The position numbers and the translations under genes were made by a program. This document shows positions 27,713 through 37,460 of a stretch of DNA of 64,000 bases, piece after piece; the stretch's first letter is position 1; each line of letters opens with the position of its first letter. The notes under the pieces were generated by a model, which saw only the letters and a program-made list of their open reading frames with translations, had not been told where the DNA came from and did no database searches. This DNA comes from Chloroflexota bacterium (GTDB lineage Bacteria; Chloroflexota; Dehalococcoidia; SM23-28-2; RBG-16-64-32), in assembly GCA_036732045.1 (NCBI GenBank), contig DAINDD010000005.1, positions 11,710 to 75,709 on the forward strand, read 5' to 3'.

Positions 27713-29767
27713 TCATCGCGGCATCCCCTCTGCCCCACCCCCGACCGTGATCACACACCCCGACGTGAACGCCGAGCGGTCGGAGGCCAGCCAGAGGGCG
27801 GCTTCGGCGACGGCTTCGGCGGGGACGGTGGCAGTGCGGAAGATGCTGCGTTCGGCGTAACGGGCGAGGATCTCGGCCTCCGTCTTGCCAGACTGCAGGG
27901 CGCGCTCCTGGACGAGCGCCCGGAAGAGCGGCGTGTCGACGGCGTCGGCGTTGATGTAGTTCGCCGTGATGCCGTGGCGCGAGAGCTCGTTGGCGACGTT
28001 GCGGACGTAGTGGACGAGCGCGGCCTTGGACGCGCCGTAGGCCGCAGCGCCCTCACCCGGCGCGAAGGCGGCCTTTGAGGCGTTGTAGATCAGCCGGCCG
28101 CCCTGCCCCTGCGCGAGCATGACCTGCGAAGCTGCGCGGGTGGCGGCGACTGCGCCCTGGTAGTGGACGCGCAGCTGCTCCTGCACCTCGGCATCGGGCA
28201 TCGCCGAGACGGGGTGCAGCTCGGGCGGGACGCCGGGCGAGTAGAACAGCACGTCGACGCCGCCGAAGTGGACGATTGCGTCGCGAAAGGCGTGCTCGAT
28301 GGCTGTGGGGTCGGCAGCGTTGGCAGCGAGCGCAAGGGCCCGCTCCGGCGTCGCGGCGTTGCTCTCCTCGGCGACCTGCTGCGCGCGCCCGAGATCGAGG
28401 TCGACTACGGCGACGTGCGCTCCTTCCGCTGCGAAACGAATCGCCGTCGCGCGGCCGATCCCGCTGGCGCCGCCGATGATCACGGCGATCTTGCCCTCGA
28501 GGTCGCGGCGGGTTTTCGCGCCCTCGTTGATCTTGCGGCGCTCCAGCGGCCAGTACTCCATCTCGCATGCGTCGGCCTCCGATAGCGATTCGAAACGCTC
28601 GACCGCCTCGGCGCCGGTCATCGCGTCCATCGTGGCGCGGTAGCAGTCGCCGGCTTTGAGCGCGTTGCGAAGGTCTTTCCCGGCGTAGAACGCGCCGACG
28701 CCCGGGACGGCGATGACCTTCAGCCAATCGGCTATGAGCGCGCGCTGGCCGTGGGCGACGGCGTAGCGGAGGTAGTCGTCGTGCGCGGCGCGAATGGCGG
28801 TGCGGACGGCGTCCGCTGCCCCGCTCCCGGTCAGGCTGAAGCCTGACCCCCCTAAGGTGAGAGGGCGGCGGCCGGCGCGCATGATGTGCTCCGGAGTCAT
28901 AACGCCGCGTTGGGCGATTTCGGGGAAGCGCTCGGCGGCGATGTGGTCACGGGTCTGCGGCGAGTCATCGAAGGCGAGGACGGTGCGCCAGCCTAGGGTC
29001 GCGAGCTCGCCGCGGAGGATCGGAGCGATGGCGGCGGCGGACGCACGGCGCTCGTCGTCGGCGAGGTCGGGTGTGGCGCGCGGGCCGAAGATCTGCTTGT
29101 CCTTGTGCTGTTCGGCGACGTACTTCTCGGCGCGGCTGATGATCGAGGTGAGATTCGAGTAGCACTCCTTGGCCGTGGCACCCCAGACGGCGAGGCCATG
29201 CTTCTCCATGACGAGCGCGATCGCGCCATCGGGCAACCCGGCGCCGTACTTCTCGGCCATACGCTTGGCCAGCGGGAAGCCGGGGCGCACGTACTCCAGG
29301 AACGCGGTGTCTTTGCCCAACAACCGCTCGACGTGCGAACGGGCGGACGGTGTGTTGGTGAGCGAGAGGGTGGCGACGTCGTGCGTGTGGGCGACGAACT
29401 TGCGCGGGATCAGCGAGTGCAGCGGCGTCTCGACGCTGGGCAGTGGGTCGGAATCGCGGAGCATGCAGGCGCGCATCAGGCGCATCATCTCTTCGTCGGA
29501 CATCGAGTCGCGCTCGCGGAGGATGGCGAGGCGGTCGAGATAGAGGTGAGTGAAGCCGCCGGGCCCGATCGTTCGCAGGTCGGTGCCGCTGCCCTTGACG
29601 GCGAGCGCTTGCACGCGGCAGCCGAAGACGTCGTCCGTCTCGAGTTTGACGCTTGTGTTGCCGCCTCCCGGCTGGACCAGCGCAAGGTCCTGCCCGATGA
29701 GGTTCGAAAGGTGGACGAGCTGCGAGATGTCGTCGCTTCCGGCTTTGGCGTCGTTCCAGGGCAGCAT
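27713..29767 (-). CDS. bifunctional class II aldolase (rhamnulose-1-phosphate aldolase-like) / short-chain dehydrogenase
   Basis: 684 aa. N-terminal class II aldolase/adducin domain, C-terminal SDR (GKIAVIIGGASGIGRATA). Start overlaps the stop of the upstream methyltransferase gene. Confidence 0.85.
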   Translation of the reverse strand: MLPWNDAKAGSDDISQLVHLSNLIGQDLALVQPGGGNTSVKLETDDVFGCRVQALAVKGSGTDLRTIGPGGFTHLYLDRLAILRERDSMSDEEMMRLMRACMLRDSDPLPSVETPLHSLIPRKFVAHTHDVATLSLTNTPSARSHVERLLGKDTAFLEYVRPGFPLAKRMAEKYGAGLPDGAIALVMEKHGLAVWGATAKECYSNLTSIISRAEKYVAEQHKDKQIFGPRATPDLADDERRASAAAIAPILRGELATLGWRTVLAFDDSPQTRDHIAAERFPEIAQRGVMTPEHIMRAGRRPLTLGGSGFSLTGSGAADAVRTAIRAAHDDYLRYAVAHGQRALIADWLKVIAVPGVGAFYAGKDLRNALKAGDCYRATMDAMTGAEAVERFESLSEADACEMEYWPLERRKINEGAKTRRDLEGKIAVIIGGASGIGRATAIRFAAEGAHVAVVDLDLGRAQQVAEESNAATPERALALAANAADPTAIEHAFRDAIVHFGGVDVLFYSPGVPPELHPVSAMPDAEVQEQLRVHYQGAVAATRAASQVMLAQGQGGRLIYNASKAAFAPGEGAAAYGASKAALVHYVRNVANELSRHGITANYINADAVDTPLFRALVQERALQSGKTEAEILARYAERSIFRTATVPAEAVAEAALWLASDRSAFTSGCVITVGGGAEGMPR

Positions 29768-30435
29768 CAGGCCTTTCGCCCCCAGACGAGGCAGCCGCGT
29801 TTGGTGATCGTGACCGGCGTCTCGATGTTGTCGGCAAGTGCCGGATCGGCTAAGCGCTGGGTAAGGTATTCGCGAACTGAATCGCGGTCCGGCAGCGTGA
29901 ACATCGGCGCGTCCCAGGCTTCGACTTCGATCTCGGCGAACACTGCGCCGACGATGGCCGGCGCCTCTTCGGCGTCGAAGGTGGTCGGCTCGCTCGACGG
30001 CTCGACTTCGGGCGAATCGTCGCGCCGGCTGGTGCTGGCGACGAAAAGCCCACCCCGCCGCAACACGCGGTATGCCTCGCGGATCACGACCAGTGGGTCT
30101 TCGATGTGGTACAGCATCCAGAGCGCCGCCACCGCACCAGCCGAGTCGTCGCGTACTGGCAGGAGTTGAGCGTCTGCCATGACGACGGGCTGCGTCGAGC
30201 GCGAGACCTGAGAGGGCGAGAGGTCGATGCCGAGATAGCGCACGTCCGATCCGAGCAAGTCGCCGAGGCGTCCGTGACCGGAGCCCACGTCAATGACAGG
30301 TGACAAACCTTCGGCGACAATACGGGCCGCAACGAACTCGTGCACATCACCGGCGGCGCGGGCCTCAGCGGGCCGTCTTATCCAGCGTTCAGGGTTGGTG
30401 TCGTAGTCGCATGGTAGGGCAGGCGGACGGCTCAT
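29767..30435 (-). CDS. class I SAM-dependent methyltransferase
   Basis: VIDVGSGHGRLGDLLGS (motif I) ... LRRGGLFVAST; overlaps both neighbouring genes (operonic). Confidence 0.75.
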   Translation of the reverse strand: MSRPPALPCDYDTNPERWIRRPAEARAAGDVHEFVAARIVAEGLSPVIDVGSGHGRLGDLLGSDVRYLGIDLSPSQVSRSTQPVVMADAQLLPVRDDSAGAVAALWMLYHIEDPLVVIREAYRVLRRGGLFVASTSRRDDSPEVEPSSEPTTFDAEEAPAIVGAVFAEIEVEAWDAPMFTLPDRDSVREYLTQRLADPALADNIETPVTITKRGCLVWGRKA

Positions 30436-31997
30436 TTGCCGGTCAGACGGGCGCGAGAGCGCATCGTCGGGCCGCCGTTGCCCATGCGCTTGGTCTGCAT
30501 CGGCTGGCCCTTGCCGCAGTTGGGGATCGCGAAAAGGCGGAAGTCGTTGCCGACGGCGTCCACGTTCATGAAGTAGTCGCGGCTGTCACTGGTCAAGCCG
30601 CCGTCGCGGAACATCTCGCCGATTTCGCCGTTCTTGATCTCGTACACCTTCATCGCCGTGATGCGGAAGTTCTCCCGAGACTCCGCGATCGACGGGATAC
30701 GGTGGCCGACGACGTAATAGCCGTCCTTCACCTCGCGGATGATCTCGCCGGGGTCGCGGTCGCCGGGCGCGAAGGCCGTGTTCGACATGCGGATCAGCGG
30801 CACGAAGGAGGCGTCGGTCGCCTTGTAGTGGCCGTTCGGCTCCGCCTCGGTGATGGCGGCGGTCTGGCGGCTGTTCGAGAAGCCGTTGAAGATGCCTTTG
30901 TCGAAGTGGTAGATGCGGTGGGCGGGTGTCCCCTCGTCGTCGTACATGTAGTGGCCGAAGCCGTCTATGGTCGGGTCGCTGAAGGCGGTGACGAGGTCGG
31001 AGCCGATGCGCTTGCCGAGCTGGTTGTCCTTGAGGTCGCGCAGGAACCAGGAGCGGCCGGCGTACCCCGTCTCGAACTTGAGAGCGCGGTCGAGCTCGGT
31101 CGGGTGGCCGACGATTTCATGGCTTACGAGCGCGTTGTAGTGCGGGTCGGTGACGACGACGACTTCCTTGTCCGTGGCCTTCAGTGGCTTGCAGGCGCAG
31201 AGCGCAACGGTGTCGCGGGCAAGGGTCATCGAGAAGTCCATCAGGCTGTCGAAGTGGATGTACTCGTCGTCGGCGCCATGGGTGATCAGCTCCCAGCCGC
31301 GCTGGTGTCCTGTGAAGTCGTACAGCTCCTGGTAACCCTCGCCGGAAGATGCGATTACGAAGCACGTGCCCTCGCTAATCGCGCGGGTCTGCTGGATATT
31401 GGCGCCTTCCGAACTTACGAAGAGCTGTCGCTCCAGCTGCGTGGACGCCGAAATGTAGTTGTAGGCGACGGCCGAATCGAGGCCCTTCACGCGCTCCGAG
31501 ACGTCGCGGACGTAGTGCGACACGTCGTCGAGCGGTACGTCGCGCGGGTCAGTCTCATGGCGCGCGTCGACGGTGTCCTGCCGCACATCGATCGGGGCCA
31601 GGGACGTGTCGTAGAGGGCGCTGCCGAGAACCGCGAAGCGGCTGCGGATGCCGTCCTTGGAGCGGCCGTTGGCGATGGCGCGCGCGTAGGCGTGGTCGAG
31701 TGCTTCGCGGAGGCGCTCGTTGAGGCGCGGGAGGTCGGCGGTGCCGACGAGCTCACCGAAATAGCCGGGCGCCGCGAAGTGCTCGCCGGCCAGGACGCGC
31801 ACGCCGAAGGCGAACCCGTAGTCCTCGCCGGCGAACTTGTCCATGCCGTTCTCGGAGACGGCTCCCTTGCCCTCGCTGATCTCAATCCGCACGTCCGCGT
31901 AGCGGCAAAAGCGCTTGCCGCGGGCGTACTGCGCGACCAGGTCGAAGACGGCGTCCCTGATATCGGGGATGACGTCGATGCTTACCTTCTCGGGCAC
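30432..31997 (-). CDS. TldD/PmbA family metallopeptidase (second paralog)
   Basis: 521 aa with TldD/PmbA domain (…GRSWFLRDLKDNQLGKRIGSDLVTAFSDPTIDGFGHYMYDDEG...). Confidence 0.85.
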   Translation of the reverse strand: MPEKVSIDVIPDIRDAVFDLVAQYARGKRFCRYADVRIEISEGKGAVSENGMDKFAGEDYGFAFGVRVLAGEHFAAPGYFGELVGTADLPRLNERLREALDHAYARAIANGRSKDGIRSRFAVLGSALYDTSLAPIDVRQDTVDARHETDPRDVPLDDVSHYVRDVSERVKGLDSAVAYNYISASTQLERQLFVSSEGANIQQTRAISEGTCFVIASSGEGYQELYDFTGHQRGWELITHGADDEYIHFDSLMDFSMTLARDTVALCACKPLKATDKEVVVVTDPHYNALVSHEIVGHPTELDRALKFETGYAGRSWFLRDLKDNQLGKRIGSDLVTAFSDPTIDGFGHYMYDDEGTPAHRIYHFDKGIFNGFSNSRQTAAITEAEPNGHYKATDASFVPLIRMSNTAFAPGDRDPGEIIREVKDGYYVVGHRIPSIAESRENFRITAMKVYEIKNGEIGEMFRDGGLTSDSRDYFMNVDAVGNDFRLFAIPNCGKGQPMQTKRMGNGGPTMRSRARLTGK

Positions 31998-32057
31998 GTG
32001 GTCCCTCCGATTGACAGGAGTCGTGAGGCAGAGGCGGTGCGGCTTCAGCGATTGTCT

Positions 32058-32108
32058 GGTGAGCGAGGGTCAAGGGTCAAGCGCGCCCTTGACCCCTGAC
32101 CGCTCACG
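32058..32108. promoter_or_regulatory. extended imperfect palindrome GTGAGCGAGGGTCAAGGGTCAAG-cgcgc-CCTTGACCCCTGACCGCTCAC between divergent TldD/PmbA and dcd genes
   Basis: ~50-bp inverted repeat centred on CGCGC, sharing the GTCAAGG/CCTTGAC and CCCTGAC cores with the 13.8-kb hairpins. Confidence 0.4.
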
Positions 32109-32123
32109 CCTGACGCTTAGACA

Positions 32124-32705
32124 GTGAGCGTTCTCAGCGACCGCAGCATCAAGAAGGCGCTGGCAGCCGGCCGTCTTGGCATTGAACCGCTGGACGAGCA
32201 GGCGATCCAGCCGGCCTCCGTGGACCTGCGGCTGGACAGCGTCTTTCGCGTCTTCCGGACGACGAGCCGGCCTTACGTGGACGTCGCACAGGATGTGGAC
32301 GACCTGACCGAGCTCGTCGAGATATCGCCCGAGGAGCCGTTCGTGATCCACCCGGGCAGCTTCTGTCTGGGCTCCACGTTGGAGACGATCACGATTCCGA
32401 ATGACATCGTGGCGCGGGTGGACGGCAAGTCCTCGCTCGGGCGGCTGGGACTGCTCGTGCACGCGACGGCGGGCTACGTCGACCCTGGTTGGACGGGCAA
32501 GCTGACGCTGGAGCTGTCGAACCAGTCGCAGATGCCGATCGCGCTGTACTACGGGATGCGGATCGCGCAGATCAGCTTCATCGAGCTGACGACGGCAGTC
32601 GACCGGCCGTACGGCAGCGAGGAGCTTGGCTCCAAGTACCAGGGCCAGACGGGCCCGACGCCGTCGCGGATCTCGCGCGAGTTCTTCCGCAAAGACCAGA
32701 TGTGA
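32124..32705 (+). CDS. dcd: dCTP deaminase
   Basis: 193 aa; MSVLSDRSIKKALAAGRLGIEPLDEQAIQPASVDLRL N-terminus typical of Dcd/dUTPase superfamily. Confidence 0.9.
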   Translation: MSVLSDRSIKKALAAGRLGIEPLDEQAIQPASVDLRLDSVFRVFRTTSRPYVDVAQDVDDLTELVEISPEEPFVIHPGSFCLGSTLETITIPNDIVARVDGKSSLGRLGLLVHATAGYVDPGWTGKLTLELSNQSQMPIALYYGMRIAQISFIELTTAVDRPYGSEELGSKYQGQTGPTPSRISREFFRKDQM

Positions 32706-32780
32706 CTGGCTGGACAACTTGGGGCGTGGGCGCTACTATCCCGACGCAGCGCACGGCATTTCGTTTTTTGGAGGTGATCG

Positions 32781-33365
32781 ATGACAGCGTATCCGGTGAC
32801 ATTCGATGTCGCGAAGCCGGAGAAATTCCAGCGGCCCGCAGTATTCATCCGCCTGATCGGCTACTTCATCCTGGGCATCGTTAACTGGCTCGTCATCGTC
32901 TTGCTTCCGGTCTACGCCGCTTTGCGGATATCCTCGAAGGGAGCCGACCGCTTTCTGCAAGAGGACGGGGAGAAGATCAAAGGTTGGCTGCGTTCATACA
33001 TCGGCCTTTACGCGTATGTGATGGTCACGACCGACGTGTTCGATGGCGTCGGCGACCCCTCATTCCGCTTCGACGTGACGCCTCAGGGTAAGCCAACAGT
33101 TGGGTCGGCGCTGCTGCGCTGGATCACGATCATTCCGAGCCTACTGATTCTCGGCGCGCTGGCGTCGGTGGGCTATGTCATCTGGATCATCGCCTCGGTC
33201 ATGATCCTGATCCAGGAGGACTACCCCGCCGGACTTTACGACTTTCAGTGCGGCGTCGTGCGCTGGGCGGCGAGGCTGGCCGTGTATCACGCCTCGCTTG
33301 TTCAGGAGTACCCGCCGTTCGCCTTCGACATGGGCGCCGAGGCGCAGTTGACGAACCCGGCATAG
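32781..33365 (+). CDS. DUF4389-like integral membrane protein
   Basis: 194 aa, two hydrophobic pairs of TM helices. Resembles DUF4389 small membrane proteins; assignment from memory. Confidence 0.5.
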   Translation: MTAYPVTFDVAKPEKFQRPAVFIRLIGYFILGIVNWLVIVLLPVYAALRISSKGADRFLQEDGEKIKGWLRSYIGLYAYVMVTTDVFDGVGDPSFRFDVTPQGKPTVGSALLRWITIIPSLLILGALASVGYVIWIIASVMILIQEDYPAGLYDFQCGVVRWAARLAVYHASLVQEYPPFAFDMGAEAQLTNPA

Positions 33366-33374
33366 CCGACCGCG

Positions 33375-34601
33375 CTAAGTCAGCAGATCGCCGGTGGCGC
33401 TGGCCGTCTTGCCGGTTTCCTGATAGGCCGCGATCAGGTTCTTGGCGATCGTTTGCATGTGCACTTCGTCGGCGCCGTCCACCAGACGGGCGGAGCGGGC
33501 GTTGCGCATCATCCCCTCCAGCGGCGTGTCCGTGGAGTAGCCGAGCGCGCCGTGCACCTGGATGGCGCGGTCGATGACCCGCCAGAGCGTGTTGGCGACG
33601 TGCACCTTGGCCATGGAGACTTCTTGCTTAAACGGCAGCTTGTTCTCGATCTTGTACGCGGCGTGCAGCACCATCAGCTTGGCGGTGTACAGCTCGATCG
33701 CAGACTCCGCCATCATCCACTGGATCGACTGCTTTTCGGCGAGCAGGGAGCCGTGCGCGTAGCGCTTCAGCGCGCGGTCGACGAGCATCTCCAGCGCGAT
33801 CTCTGCGTTGCCGATCCAACGCATGCAGTGGGCCAGCCGCGCCGGGCCGAGGCGGTACTGGCCGAGGAGGTGTCCCTCGCCGCGGCCGCCGAGCATGTTG
33901 CCGTTCGGTACGCGTAGGTCGGTGATCCTGATCTCGCAGTGGTTGCCGCGGCCGTGCATCGTGTCGATGTCCCTGACGATCTCGAAGCCTTCTGACGGCA
34001 GGTCGACGAGGAAGGCGGAGTTGCGGGCCTGCGGCGGGTCGGCGTCGGGGTCCGTGCAGGCGATGAGGATGGCGAACTGCGCACCCTTGGCACCGGAGAT
34101 GAACCACTTGTGGCCGTTGATCACCCAGTCGTCGCCGTCTTTGACCGCGCGCGTCTGGATCAGTGTTGGGTCAGAGCCCGCGACCTCCGGCTCCGTCATC
34201 GCGAAGCAGGAGCGCGACCGTCCCTCGGCCAGCGGGCGCAGGTAGCGCTCCTTCTGGTCGTCGGTGGCCCAGTGCAGGAGGGTGTGCATGTTGCCTTCGT
34301 CCGGGGCCTGTGCATTGATGGCGAATGGACCGATCCCTGTGCGCCCCGCTTCGGCCGATACGAAGGCCATGCCAACGGGCCCCAGGTCCATGCCGTCCCA
34401 CTCCTTAGGCAGGTGCGGATTCCAGAGGCCCTGAGCCTTCGCCTTCTGGCGCAGTTCGAAGATGCTGCGGACGTAGGCGCCGCGGTCGGCCTCTTCTTCC
34501 TTCAGCTTCTGTTCGACAGGGCGGACTTCGTTGTCCATGAACGCGCGGACGCGCAGGCGGACCTCTTCGAGGTCTGGGGCCAGTTGGAAATCGATAGGCA
34601 T
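33375..34601 (-). CDS. acyl-CoA dehydrogenase family protein (ACAD10/11-like)
   Basis: Start refined to MPIDFQLAPD (ATG 34601). C-terminal ...MHVANTLWRVIDRAIQVHGALGYSTDTPLEGMMRNARSARLVDGADEVH typical ACAD helix. Confidence 0.85.
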   Translation of the reverse strand: MPIDFQLAPDLEEVRLRVRAFMDNEVRPVEQKLKEEEADRGAYVRSIFELRQKAKAQGLWNPHLPKEWDGMDLGPVGMAFVSAEAGRTGIGPFAINAQAPDEGNMHTLLHWATDDQKERYLRPLAEGRSRSCFAMTEPEVAGSDPTLIQTRAVKDGDDWVINGHKWFISGAKGAQFAILIACTDPDADPPQARNSAFLVDLPSEGFEIVRDIDTMHGRGNHCEIRITDLRVPNGNMLGGRGEGHLLGQYRLGPARLAHCMRWIGNAEIALEMLVDRALKRYAHGSLLAEKQSIQWMMAESAIELYTAKLMVLHAAYKIENKLPFKQEVSMAKVHVANTLWRVIDRAIQVHGALGYSTDTPLEGMMRNARSARLVDGADEVHMQTIAKNLIAAYQETGKTASATGDLLT

Positions 34602-34719
34602 GGGGACGACCTTTCTTCGTTGTGCTTCGTGGGGCCGATTGTAGTGGGCTTGCGGTAGAATGTCACGGCGGACGGGGAGGAAGAGGGGCGCGGGAAGAAG
34701 GAAGGACGAATCGCAAACG

Positions 34720-35772
34720 ATGACTACAACCGACAGCCCGCCCGGAATCGACCTGCAGGCACTGGTGCCGTGGATGAGCGAACACGTCGCCGCAGTGAAG
34801 TCACTTTCGGCGAAGGTCGTCGGGCACGGGCGCTCCAACATCACCTATCGCATCGAGGCCGAGGACGAGCGCTCCTGGGTGCTGCGCCGCCCGCCGCTCT
34901 CGCACGTGCAGGCGACGGCGCACGACATGGGGCGCGAGTTCCGCATCCTCTCGGCGCTGGAGCCGACGGGCTTCCCGGCGCCGCAGCCCTACGCGCTCTG
35001 CACCGACGATTCCGTGATCGGTGCAAAGTTCTATATTATGGAGTACGTGGATGGATTTATCGCCGTGGATGCTGCCGAAGTCGGGCGGCGGTTCGATGAA
35101 GACGCCCGGCGTAAAATCGGCGAAGAGCTGGTCGATGTGCTGGTGCGCTTGCACACGTTCAAGCCGGACGAGATCGGCCTCTCAGACTTCGGGAAGCCGC
35201 AGGGCTACCTCGAGCGGCAAGTGCGGCGTTTCGCCGAGCAGCTAGAGCAGATCCGCTACCGGGAGACGCCGGAGCTGGACGAGCTGGCGCGGCGCCTCGG
35301 CCAGTCGATTCCACCAGAGCGTACGGCAGGCATCGTGCACGGCGATTACCGGCTCGACAATGCGATCTTAAACGACGAAGGTCACCTGATCGCGGTGCTG
35401 GACTGGGAGATGTGTACGCTCGGTGACTCGCTCGCCGATCTCGGGCTGTTGCGGATGTACTGGGGCCGGCCGACGAGCTCACAGATCGCGATCGGGAGCG
35501 TCGGTGTGATGTCGCTGCCAGGCTTCCCGACGTGGGAGGAGGCCGCGGCGCGCTACGAGGAGAAGAGCGACGTCAGCCTGGCCAACCTGGACTTCTACAC
35601 GGTGCTGGCGCATTTCAAGCTGGGCGTGATCCTGGAGAACATGTACAAGCGCTTTCTCGGTGGCGGCACCGTTGGGGCCGGATTCGAGATGATCGGCCAG
35701 CAGGCAGTGCTACTGGGCAGGAACGGGCTGGAAGTGGCCAACGCTTCGCCGATCGCATCGCTGCGAGGCTGA
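34720..35772 (+). CDS. phosphotransferase (APH/choline-kinase-like) family protein
   Basis: HGDYRLDNAIL catalytic loop and DWEMCTLGD motif. Divergent from the ACAD gene (split ACAD10/11 architecture). Confidence 0.8.
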   Translation: MTTTDSPPGIDLQALVPWMSEHVAAVKSLSAKVVGHGRSNITYRIEAEDERSWVLRRPPLSHVQATAHDMGREFRILSALEPTGFPAPQPYALCTDDSVIGAKFYIMEYVDGFIAVDAAEVGRRFDEDARRKIGEELVDVLVRLHTFKPDEIGLSDFGKPQGYLERQVRRFAEQLEQIRYRETPELDELARRLGQSIPPERTAGIVHGDYRLDNAILNDEGHLIAVLDWEMCTLGDSLADLGLLRMYWGRPTSSQIAIGSVGVMSLPGFPTWEEAAARYEEKSDVSLANLDFYTVLAHFKLGVILENMYKRFLGGGTVGAGFEMIGQQAVLLGRNGLEVANASPIASLRG

Positions 35773-35846
35773 AGTGCCAACGGCACAACCCTCGATTCAG
35801 GTTCCGGGCGGATTCTTGGTCGTCGAGACGTTTGATCGTCTATATC

Positions 35847-36455
35847 GTGACTTCGGGAAGCCCTGGGGATGGACCCGAGCCGTTCTACGGAATTCCGCGA
35901 GTGGGTGTCGGGCCAGAGGGTGCGCTCAATCGCTACCGAGGAATTGATCGGGATCCACTCGAACCCTTTTCTGACGAGGAAGTTGCAATGCTCGATTGCC
36001 TCGTGGCGCCGAGGATTGAGTACGAAGCCCAACGACGTCTCGCCGAACTTGAAGAAGCTGGACGTACCGACGACGATTTCATCTTCCATGAAGAAGACGG
36101 GCACGCTGTCTACGCGCTGTTCACGTGCCCTGCTGACTATGAGCTGATCTGGGTTCGCGACTCGACGGTGGATATTGAGGAACCGGATGGATGGCTACCC
36201 TTGGGCTTTGAGCCAACTTGGTTTACCGGCGATCACTTCTCCGCGATAGGCGATTGTCTGTTCCTTCCTCGGTGGCATGGGCCCGATAAGGATGGCACGC
36301 TGTTTAGGCGTAACTTCGAGTCCCTCAATGCGAACGGCCTGTGTGAGACCGCAGACGAGGCCCGCGAATACCTGGCGTATTACCGATCGCTTGATTGGAC
36401 CGAGGACGGGCAATACGTGATGGCAGAGGTGAGAGGGCCGACCATCAAAAGCTAG
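35847..36455 (+). CDS. hypothetical protein (lower-GC patch)
   Basis: Open frame with plausible protein-like composition (…DDFIFHEEDGHAVYALFTCPADYELIWVRDSTVDIEEPDGWLPLGFEPTWFTGDHFSAIGDCLF…). Start ambiguous: GTG 35847 or ATG 35988. A competing 92-aa ORF (35869..36147) lies in another frame. Confidence 0.35.
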   Translation: MTSGSPGDGPEPFYGIPRVGVGPEGALNRYRGIDRDPLEPFSDEEVAMLDCLVAPRIEYEAQRRLAELEEAGRTDDDFIFHEEDGHAVYALFTCPADYELIWVRDSTVDIEEPDGWLPLGFEPTWFTGDHFSAIGDCLFLPRWHGPDKDGTLFRRNFESLNANGLCETADEAREYLAYYRSLDWTEDGQYVMAEVRGPTIKS

Positions 36456-36555
36456 TGTTGGGACCGCGTCGCTTCGGGGGTAGCGCTGAAGCGCTGATCA
36501 GCTCCTGTTGATTGAGCAGACGGCGAGGGCGAGCAGTCGCATAGGTAACCCCTGG

Positions 36556-37359
36556 TTACTGGCTCTGGGCTGGGTCCTGGCGCTGGAAGCGCATCGGCGC
36601 TTCGACGATGCGCGGTGGGCGGCCATAGGTAACGGCCATCGCGACACCGTTCAGCGATTCGTTGCTCACTAGCTCGAGGACGGCTTCGGCGATCGTTTGC
36701 GGCGCGATCAGCGGCAGGTTCTTGAGGAACGCCTCGCGCTGGGCCAGATCAGCCTCCGTCAGGTTGCGGTCGGCCATGCGCACCATCGGCGTGTCGACGA
36801 CGCCCGGGCAGACGCAGTTCACGCGGATCTTCGCCTCGGCTTGCAGGTAGCCCAGAGAGCGCGTGAAGCCGACGACGCCGTGCTTGGCGGCCGCGTAGAT
36901 TGGGTCGGGCAAGTAGCCTATCAGCCCGGCGATCGAGGCCGTGTTGACGACGACGCCTCCGCCGTGCCGCTTGAGCGCAGGCACGGCGGCCTGCGTCCCG
37001 GCGATCACGGCCCAGAGGTCGATGAACAGCGTCCGCTCCCAATCTTCGATCCGAGCGTCGGGGAAGATCGGCCGCGGGGTGCCGACGCCAGCGTTGTTGT
37101 GGATGATGTCGAGTCCGCCGTATATCTTCTCGGCGTGGGCGACCATCGCGTCGAGTTCTCCGCGATCGCGCACATCCACGTGGCTGAACGAGGCCTTGCC
37201 GCCGGCGCCTTCGATCTGCGAGACGGTCTCGCGTCCGCCGTCTTCGTTCACATCGGCGACGACGACGCATGCGCCCGCCGTAGCGAGAGCGATGGCGGTA
37301 GCGCGGCCTATGCCGGAGCCGGCGCCGGTAACGATGGCTACTTTGTCTTTGGGGTCCAT
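36556..37359 (-). CDS. SDR family oxidoreductase
   Basis: MDPKDKVAIVTGAGSGIGRATA; start at ATG 37359 with GGAGAA RBS. The listed ORF is over-extended to 37812. Confidence 0.85.
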   Translation of the reverse strand: MDPKDKVAIVTGAGSGIGRATAIALATAGACVVVADVNEDGGRETVSQIEGAGGKASFSHVDVRDRGELDAMVAHAEKIYGGLDIIHNNAGVGTPRPIFPDARIEDWERTLFIDLWAVIAGTQAAVPALKRHGGGVVVNTASIAGLIGYLPDPIYAAAKHGVVGFTRSLGYLQAEAKIRVNCVCPGVVDTPMVRMADRNLTEADLAQREAFLKNLPLIAPQTIAEAVLELVSNESLNGVAMAVTYGRPPRIVEAPMRFQRQDPAQSQ

Positions 37360-37460
37360 ACGGTTCTCCTTCGCCGAGTAGTCTAGCAGGCGGGTAGGCG
37401 CATGTGGAAAGGTTGCTAACTGCCCCCTTGGCACGCCTATAATCCGTCCGCTAGTAGCCC

